Shown: positions 54,977 to 62,477 of the stretch, piece by piece
Position numbering within the stretch: position 1 is the first letter of the stretch
How the letters are laid out: the number at the start of each line of letters is the position of its first letter
The notes under the pieces: generated by a model
What the model saw: the letters and a program-made list of their open reading frames with translations, nothing else
Told to the model about the DNA's origin: nothing
Databases searched by the model: none
Virus record (IMG/VR): IMGVR_UViG_3300032288_005579
Source of the DNA: a virus
DNA: 64,000 nt
Strand: one strand, 5' to 3'
Program-made: the position numbers and the translations under genes

Positions 54977-57900
54977 ATGCCTATACCCGCTTCAGGTCCG
55001 ATATCGATGAGTATGATGAATACGGAGCTGGGTAGGATACCCAATGCTCCTGTATCGATATTGGCCGGGGGACTGGTTCCCATAGAGGGATCTTTGTTTT
55101 GGTTGGGAGGACAGAGCGGTAGTTTAAACCAAACTGCGCCCCACTACTTCAGCGAATGGTACAATTATACTCCTAACAATTCCCCCACTCCTACACCTAC
55201 AGTATCTGTAACTGTAAGCGTTACTCCTACAGTTGGTATATCTTCTACGCCTAGTGTGAGCGTGACTCCGACAAAGAGTATCACTCCTACTATAAGCATA
55301 ACACCTACCATAAGTGTAACTTCTACGATCAGCGTTACTCCCACAATCAGCGTAACTCCAACTATAAGTGTAACTAAAACAATCACACCTACGATTAGCG
55401 TTACACAGACTACAAGCGTGACTGCTACTATAAGTTTAACTCCTACTATAAGCGTTACAAGAAGCGTTAGCATTACTCCCACGATAAGTATCACGACGAC
55501 CGTTACCCCTACAAATACTGCTACTCCTACGATAAGTGTCACTCCCACCATCAGCGTCACTCCTACTATTAGTTTGACTCCAACAATAAGCATTACTTCC
55601 ACCATCAGTGTCACTCCAACTAGAACAGCGACTGTAAGCGTAACTCCCACGATAAGTATAACTCCTACTATAAGCGTAACTAGCACAATTACTCCAACTA
55701 CTAGTGTAACTCCTACTATTAGTATAACACCTAGCATAAGTATTACGCCGACAATCAGCGTCACTCCTACTATTAGTATTACATCTACGATTAGCGCTAC
55801 AGCTGGAATAAGTCTTACTCCTACGGTAAGCATTACACCTACAATCAGTGTTACATCCACTATAACTCCTACAATAAGTACTACTCCCACTATAAGCATT
55901 ACACCTACTATTAGTATAACAAGCAGCATTACTCCCACTGTTAGTATTACACCCACCATTAGTGTTACTTCAACAATTAGCGTTACTCCTACCGTAAGTG
56001 TAACTAGAACAGTAACTCCTACGATAAGTGTTACTCCTACAATCAGTGTTACTCCTACCGTAAGTGTAACTAGTACAATAACTCCTACATTAAGCATTAC
56101 ACCTACTAATAGTATAACTCCTACTATAAGCGTAACTAGCACAATTACTCCCACTACTAGTGTAACTCCTACTATCAGCATTACTCCTACAATTAGCGTT
56201 ACATCGACGGTAACTCCCACTATTAGTGTAACACAGACTATTAGCGTAACTCCCACAATTAGTGTAACAACTACTGTTACGCCGACTATAAGTATTACTC
56301 CTACCATCAGTGTTACTTCTACAATAAGCTCAACCCCGGGAATAAGTCTCACTCCTACTGTGAGTATCACACCCACGATAAGTATAACTCCTACTATAAG
56401 CGTAACTAGCACAATTACTCCCACTACTAGTACTACGCCTACAATATCTATCACTCCAACTATAAGCATAACTTCCACTCCAACTCCTACTATTAGCGTC
56501 ACTCCCACAATTAGCATTACTCGAACCGCTAGTATAACTCCTACAATAAGCATAACCAATACGACTACTCCTACCATTAGCGTAAGTCCCACTATAAGTG
56601 TTACGCCAACTATTAGTATCACGCCTACAATAAGCATAACAAGTACCATTACGCCTACTATTAGCGTGACTAAAACAGCTACGATTACTCCAACAATCAG
56701 TATAACTCCTACTAGGACAATAACTCCAACGATAAGCGTAACTACAACGATTACTCCTACAATTAGTGTTACACAGACCGCAAGTATTACGCCTACAATA
56801 AGCGTAACTAGCACAATTACTCCTACAATTAGTGTAACGCCTAGCATGAGCATTACTTCCACAATTAGCGTTACGCCTACTATAAGTGTAACTAGAACAG
56901 TTACTCCCACGATCAGCATCACTCCAACTATAAGTGTTAGTCCAACGATAAGTGTAACAAGCACCGTTACGCCTACAATTAGTGTTACGCCGACTATAAG
57001 CGTTACTCCCACTATTAGTGTCACTTCCACAATAAGCGCAACTCCTGGAATAAGTACAACACCTACTGTCAGCATTACACCCACTATTAGTGTAACCGCG
57101 AGCATTACTCCAACTATCAGTATAACTCCAACTATTAGCATTACACCAACAATCAGCGTCACTCAAACGGTTAGTGTTACACCCACTATTAGTATTACTC
57201 AAACTGCTAGCATTACACCAACCACTAGTATAACTCCTACAATAAGTGTGACTAGTAGCGTTACTCCTACTATAAGCGTTAGTGCTACGGCGAGTGTTAC
57301 TCCTACTATAAGTGTAACTAATACAATAACACCAACAATCAGTATCACTCCGACTATATCAATCACTCCTACCATAAGTCTTACCCCCACAATCAGCGTT
57401 ACTAGATCTGTTACGCCTACTATAAGCGTCACTCCCACCATCAGCATTACACCGACTATAAGCATCACGCCTACTATAAGTGTAACTAGTACAATTACGC
57501 CTACCATAAGTGTAACTAGAACCGCAACTCCTACAATAAGTGTTACTCCTACCATAAGCGTAACACCTACCATAAGTGTAACTAGAACCGCAACTCCTAC
57601 AATAAGTGTTACTCCTACAATCAGCATCACTTCTACTATAACGGCTACTACCAGTGTTACACCCACAATTAGTATTACACCTACTATAAGTGTAACTAAA
57701 ACTGTAACTCCTACAATTAGTATTACTCCTACTATAAGTGTAACACCGACTATAAGTGTCACATCAACAGTTACCCCTACTATAAGCGCTACTCCTACGA
57801 TTAGTATCACTCCGACTATATCAATCACTCCTACCACAAGTATCACTCCGACCATTAGTATTACCCCCACAATCAGTGTTACCAGAACAGCAACTATTAC

Positions 57901-59857
57901 GCCTACGATCAGTGTTACTCCCACAATTAGCGTTACACCAACTATCAGTGTGACTCCTACGATTAGCATTACTCCTACTAGAACGGCCACTATCAGCGTT
58001 ACACCCACTATTAGCGTGACGCCAACCATAAGTGTCACTTCTACAATTACTCCCACAACGAGCGTTACTCCTACGATATCTATTACGCCTACGATTAGCG
58101 TAACCAAAACCATTACGCCAACAATAAGCATTACTCCAACGATCTCTATAACTCCCACTATTAGTATTACTTCTACTATAAGTGTTACGCCAACCATAAG
58201 TGTCACTTCAAGCGTTAGTGCAACTCCGACAATAAGCATTAGTCCTACTAGAACTGCTACAATAAGCGTTACACCGACTATAAGCATAACGCCCACAATA
58301 AGTGTAACTATAACTGTTACTCCCACTATTAGTATCACGCCTACGATTAGTATAACGCCCACAATAAGTGTAACTAGTAGCATAACTCCTACTATCAGCG
58401 TTACTCAAACCGCTAGCATAACTCCTACAATCAGTATTACTAGAACTGTAACTATAACTCCTACAATTAGTGTTACGCCTACAGTAACTCCTACAATCAG
58501 CATTACACAGACTTCATCAATTACTCCCACTATCAGTGTAACACCTACAATTAGTATTACGCGAACTGTTACTATAACTCCTACCATAAGCATAACGCAA
58601 ACGGCAACTATTACTTCAACGATCAGTGTAACTCCAACTATAAGTGTAACTCAAACAACTACAGTAACTCCGACAATTAGTGTTACGCCAACTATCAGTA
58701 TTACTAGAACCGCAACTATTACGCCTACTATAAGCATTACTCCTACAATAAGCATTACTCAAACTCCTACCATTACGCCTACTATTAGCATAACTCCTAC
58801 AACTACTATAACGCCAACCATCAGCATAACTCCTACAATCAGTATTACTAGAACCGTAACTATAACTCCTACTATAAGCATTACTCCTACAACAAGCGTT
58901 ACTCCAACTATATCTATAACTCCCACTATTAGCATAACTCCTACTATCAGCATTACACGTACTATAAGTGTGACTAGCACTGCTACACCAACGATCAGCG
59001 TAACTCCAACCATCAGCATTACTCCAAGTACCAGCGTAACTCCAACCATCAGCATAACTCCTACAATAAGTGTAACTCCTACAATTAGTATTACGCAAAC
59101 TGCAACCATTACTCCAACCATCAGCATAACTCCTACTATTAGTATTACAAGAACTCCTACCATTACGCCTACTATTAGCATAACTCCTACAACTACTATA
59201 ACGCCAACCATCAGCATAACTAGAACCGCAACTATTACTCCTACTATTAGCATAACTCCTACAATAAGTGTTACAAAAACTGCTACTATTAGCATAACTC
59301 CTACGAGGACAGCCACTATTAGCATTACACCAACAAGAACTCCTACCATTACACCTACTATTAGCATAACTCCTACGAGGACAGCCACTATTAGCATTAC
59401 ACCAACAAGAACTCCTACCATTACACCTACTATTAGCATAACTCCTACGAGGACGCCTAGTATTACGGCTACCCCAGTAACAGATCGCACGATAAATATA
59501 TATGTAAGTAATCAAGCGACTGTTACCATTAATGGACCTCTACAAACTTTTTATAAAATAGGAGTTGGAGGAAGCTGGACATTATTCAATAATACTTTTA
59601 ATAGTACAACGTGTACTAACCTTGGATCGGTATCGGTTCCTAACGGATCTTTGTTATATATCGGATTCCAAGACGCAAATAATGTAAACGTAGGTTTCGA
59701 TGCTGTGGCGCCCGGAACAAGTAGCACTACATGCCCTACTTTTACCGGTGTGGCTGACTACTGTAGAGATACATCTGATTGGTCTGATACTATAAATGCT
59801 AATGGTAGTAGAGCATTCACAATACAAGTAACAGGCGGAGAATATGTAGGTTGTTAA
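54977..59857 (+). CDS. Mucin-like Thr/Ser/Pro-repeat virion protein
   Basis: About 70-aa N-terminal domain (PASGPISMS..NTELG...FSEWY), about 1430 aa of TPTIS(V/I) repeats, and an approximately 120-aa C-terminal domain with four Cys. Confidence 0.85.
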   Translation: MPIPASGPISMSMMNTELGRIPNAPVSILAGGLVPIEGSLFWLGGQSGSLNQTAPHYFSEWYNYTPNNSPTPTPTVSVTVSVTPTVGISSTPSVSVTPTKSITPTISITPTISVTSTISVTPTISVTPTISVTKTITPTISVTQTTSVTATISLTPTISVTRSVSITPTISITTTVTPTNTATPTISVTPTISVTPTISLTPTISITSTISVTPTRTATVSVTPTISITPTISVTSTITPTTSVTPTISITPSISITPTISVTPTISITSTISATAGISLTPTVSITPTISVTSTITPTISTTPTISITPTISITSSITPTVSITPTISVTSTISVTPTVSVTRTVTPTISVTPTISVTPTVSVTSTITPTLSITPTNSITPTISVTSTITPTTSVTPTISITPTISVTSTVTPTISVTQTISVTPTISVTTTVTPTISITPTISVTSTISSTPGISLTPTVSITPTISITPTISVTSTITPTTSTTPTISITPTISITSTPTPTISVTPTISITRTASITPTISITNTTTPTISVSPTISVTPTISITPTISITSTITPTISVTKTATITPTISITPTRTITPTISVTTTITPTISVTQTASITPTISVTSTITPTISVTPSMSITSTISVTPTISVTRTVTPTISITPTISVSPTISVTSTVTPTISVTPTISVTPTISVTSTISATPGISTTPTVSITPTISVTASITPTISITPTISITPTISVTQTVSVTPTISITQTASITPTTSITPTISVTSSVTPTISVSATASVTPTISVTNTITPTISITPTISITPTISLTPTISVTRSVTPTISVTPTISITPTISITPTISVTSTITPTISVTRTATPTISVTPTISVTPTISVTRTATPTISVTPTISITSTITATTSVTPTISITPTISVTKTVTPTISITPTISVTPTISVTSTVTPTISATPTISITPTISITPTTSITPTISITPTISVTRTATITPTISVTPTISVTPTISVTPTISITPTRTATISVTPTISVTPTISVTSTITPTTSVTPTISITPTISVTKTITPTISITPTISITPTISITSTISVTPTISVTSSVSATPTISISPTRTATISVTPTISITPTISVTITVTPTISITPTISITPTISVTSSITPTISVTQTASITPTISITRTVTITPTISVTPTVTPTISITQTSSITPTISVTPTISITRTVTITPTISITQTATITSTISVTPTISVTQTTTVTPTISVTPTISITRTATITPTISITPTISITQTPTITPTISITPTTTITPTISITPTISITRTVTITPTISITPTTSVTPTISITPTISITPTISITRTISVTSTATPTISVTPTISITPSTSVTPTISITPTISVTPTISITQTATITPTISITPTISITRTPTITPTISITPTTTITPTISITRTATITPTISITPTISVTKTATISITPTRTATISITPTRTPTITPTISITPTRTATISITPTRTPTITPTISITPTRTPSITATPVTDRTINIYVSNQATVTINGPLQTFYKIGVGGSWTLFNNTFNSTTCTNLGSVSVPNGSLLYIGFQDANNVNVGFDAVAPGTSSTTCPTFTGVADYCRDTSDWSDTINANGSRAFTIQVTGGEYVGC
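55185..59478 (+). repeat. Degenerate coding repeat of 18-bp units encoding T-P-T-I-S-(V/I), with 4-aa variants
   Basis: Continuous over about 4.3 kb; roughly 240 units estimated from length. Codons are shuffled. Confidence 0.95.
59286..59454 (+). repeat. Exact 72-bp tandem duplication (about 2.3 copies)
   Basis: ctattagcataactcctacgaggac starts at 59286, 59358 and 59430. Confidence 0.85.
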
Positions 59858-59904
59858 AAATTTGCACTTAAAAGTTGAATGGCAAATTCCATCCAGAAAA
59901 TGGT

Positions 59905-59912
59905 ATATTTAT
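59905..59912 (+). promoter_or_regulatory. Putative late promoter ATATTTAT of the glycosyltransferase operon
   Basis: Intergenic, 30 nt before the ATG at 59943. Confidence 0.6.
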
Positions 59913-59942
59913 AGTAAATGATCGTTTCGGCAAAACTAGTTT

Positions 59943-61199
59943 ATGGCAAAAATATTTGTTTCGATAGCTTCATACAGAGATCCAGAATTACTTCCTACTT
60001 TAAGAGATTGTATCGCTAACGCCGATCAACCAGATAATCTGGTATTCGGTATATGTTGGCAACACGCAAAAGAGGACGAGTGGGATAACTTAGATCAATT
60101 TAAAAAAGACAAAAGGTTCAGGATACTTGACATAGATCACAAGGAATCAAAGGGCGTTTGTTGGGCAAGGAATAAAATAGGGTCTTTATATAAAGACGAG
60201 GACTATTATATGCAATTGGATTCTCACCACCGTTTCATACAGGGTTGGGACTCCAAATTAAAGGACATGATAGGTTATCTACAGTCCCAGTGTTACGAAA
60301 AACCCATACTCTCTACCTATCTGCCTTCCTATTTTCCTGAAAAAGATCCAGCAGATAGAACTCAAGAGGTTTGGTTTTTAAACATAGATAGGTTTTTACC
60401 AGAGGGCGCAGTATTCCTACGTCCACAGGGTTTAGACGGATGGAGAGATATGAAAGAGCCAGTTAGATCCAGATTCTTATCAGCTCACTTTATATTTACT
60501 CTTGGTAAATTCGCTAAAGAGGTTCCTTACGATCCGTATCTGTATTTTCACGGAGAAGAAACTTCATTGGCGGCTAGAGCTTTTACTCATGGGTACGATA
60601 TATTTAATCCTCACAGGATATATGTTTGGCACGAATACACGAGAGAAGGAAAGAAAAAACACTGGGACGATCACACCTCATATCCGGACCTTGATAAGAC
60701 CTCTTACGCGCGTTTTAGAAAGCTTTTTGCGATGGAAGGAGAATGTACTCCGTGTACGATAAAGAGTTTTGGAGAATTTTATTTTGGAAACGAAAGAACT
60801 CTTGAAGAGTACGAACGTTACGCGGGATTAAAGTTTAAAACCAGACAAATACACGAAGAGACTCTACAACACAAACCTGCCCCTATTGTAGGAGATTACG
60901 AATCGGGATTGAAGAGCAAAGTGAAAGTTTGTATAGACGTGTATAGAGGGGCTTTAAAAGAAACCGATTACGATACTTTCGTTATCGCTCTACTAGACGA
61001 AAACGGAAAGGATTTGTATAGACAAGACGCTGATAAAAACGAGATCTCTATGATCATGAATTCTGACATTAAAGACCAATTTGTGCACATTTGGAGAGAA
61101 TACGAAAGCCAAAAATTGCCTCACAGTTGGAGAGTTTGGCCCCATAGCGAATCAAAAGGTTGGATGGAAAGAATAGAAAACGTTATAAAATATGAGTAA
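59943..61199 (+). CDS. GT60-like polypeptide N-acetylglucosaminyltransferase (GlcNAc family), paralogue 1
   Basis: IFVSIASYRDPEL..TL, GVCWARN, YMQLDSHHRF..GWD (DxH), FLSAHFIF, YDP.LYFHGEE.SLAARAFTHGYD and WHEY. Confidence 0.85.
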   Translation: MAKIFVSIASYRDPELLPTLRDCIANADQPDNLVFGICWQHAKEDEWDNLDQFKKDKRFRILDIDHKESKGVCWARNKIGSLYKDEDYYMQLDSHHRFIQGWDSKLKDMIGYLQSQCYEKPILSTYLPSYFPEKDPADRTQEVWFLNIDRFLPEGAVFLRPQGLDGWRDMKEPVRSRFLSAHFIFTLGKFAKEVPYDPYLYFHGEETSLAARAFTHGYDIFNPHRIYVWHEYTREGKKKHWDDHTSYPDLDKTSYARFRKLFAMEGECTPCTIKSFGEFYFGNERTLEEYERYAGLKFKTRQIHEETLQHKPAPIVGDYESGLKSKVKVCIDVYRGALKETDYDTFVIALLDENGKDLYRQDADKNEISMIMNSDIKDQFVHIWREYESQKLPHSWRVWPHSESKGWMERIENVIKYE

Positions 61200-62460
61200 G
61201 AAACTAGAGACAATACTGCTGCATCTTCCCTCTTACAGGGATCCAGAACTTATACCCACAATCAAAGACGCTTTAGAAAAAGCGAAATATCCCAAAAGGA
61301 TTCATTTCGGAATATGCCGTCAATACCACCCTGAAGATAAGTTTGACGATCTGACAGAATACAAATCGGACAAACGATTCAAGATTTACGAGTGTTTGTA
61401 TACGGAGGCAAAAGGACTTCCCTGGGCGAGATCTATCATAAATGAGAAGCTGCTTGACGACGAAGACTACATATGTCAATTGGACTCACATCACAGATTC
61501 GCTCAAGATTGGGACGAGACTCTTATAACTATGCACAACGACCTTGAGAAGAGGGGCTACAAGAAACCTATCGTTGCTGGTTATTCTCCTCTGTACGATC
61601 CGTTCAACGACCCAGCAGGAAGATCGATGGAACCGTGGCAATCTCAGTTCGTATGCTTCTATCCCCACGGTACTATATTTATTCGACCAGGTTTGTTGCA
61701 CGGTTACCAAAACATGACAGAGCCACCGATGTCTAGGTTCCTCTGCGGGCATTTCGATTTCGCAAGAAGCGAATGGGCTAGAGAGATCAAGCACGATCCA
61801 GACATCTACTTTAGCGGTGAGGAAATAAATCTCACAGTAAGATCTTACACTCACGGTTACGATTTCTTTCATCCACATAAGATCGTAGTTTGGCATTCGA
61901 CAATGAGAGAAGAGCGCGCTGGAAAATTGAAATGGGACGATGATGCTAGATTGGGCGTTGATTGGTATAATAAACAAGAATATGCTCGCAGAAAAATACG
62001 CTGCTTACTTCGCACAGAAGAGGGTGTCGATTTAACGGGTTACGATTTGGGCACAGTTAGAACTTTGCGAGATTACGAAAGATACGCAGGATTCAACTTT
62101 AAAAAGAAAGCTGTTCAAAAATATACTCTAGAAAATAAATATCCTCCGAACCCTGTGATAGAGGATCCCGAACTATGGGAACAATCATTCATGAATTCGT
62201 ACTATCATCTCGTAGACGTACAAAGGTCTATGTTCAAAGAAGATAAATATAAATTTGTGTTGGTAGCTTTTGATGACGAGACTGGTAAATCTGTCAATAG
62301 TAAATTTATAGACGATTATAGATTGGAAATGTTTAATAAGGGCCAAAATATTCATTACGAAGAGTACTTCTTATCAGAAAAGAAGCCTACACGAGTAGTG
62401 TATTGGGGACACACTGAAGAAAAAGGCTGGTGCGAAAGGTACGAATTCAATATAGGATAA
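61192..62460 (+). CDS. GT60-like polypeptide N-acetylglucosaminyltransferase, paralogue 2
   Basis: PSYRDPEL, GLPWAR, CQLDSHHRFAQDWD, FLCGHFDF and HDP.IYFSGEEI.LTVRSYTHGYD. Overlaps paralogue 1 by 8 nt. Confidence 0.85.
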   Translation: MSKKLETILLHLPSYRDPELIPTIKDALEKAKYPKRIHFGICRQYHPEDKFDDLTEYKSDKRFKIYECLYTEAKGLPWARSIINEKLLDDEDYICQLDSHHRFAQDWDETLITMHNDLEKRGYKKPIVAGYSPLYDPFNDPAGRSMEPWQSQFVCFYPHGTIFIRPGLLHGYQNMTEPPMSRFLCGHFDFARSEWAREIKHDPDIYFSGEEINLTVRSYTHGYDFFHPHKIVVWHSTMREERAGKLKWDDDARLGVDWYNKQEYARRKIRCLLRTEEGVDLTGYDLGTVRTLRDYERYAGFNFKKKAVQKYTLENKYPPNPVIEDPELWEQSFMNSYYHLVDVQRSMFKEDKYKFVLVAFDDETGKSVNSKFIDDYRLEMFNKGQNIHYEEYFLSEKKPTRVVYWGHTEEKGWCERYEFNIG

Positions 62461-62477
62461 CAAAAAGATAGAACATA

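Noticed and set aside
59492-59499. Antisense ATATTTAT just before the 58759-59490 minus ORF
   Set aside because: It arises from the codons of T-I-N-I in the sense protein. Similar antisense copies occur at 62135 and 62243 in AT-rich coding DNA, so chance is likely.
55165-59515. Long antisense ORFs (665, 394, 299, 290 and 243 aa) of VGV(T/M)LI or Cys/Ser/Tyr repeats
   Set aside because: These are shadows of the sense TPTISV codons, which lack stops in the reverse frames. They have no unique domains and are fragmented.
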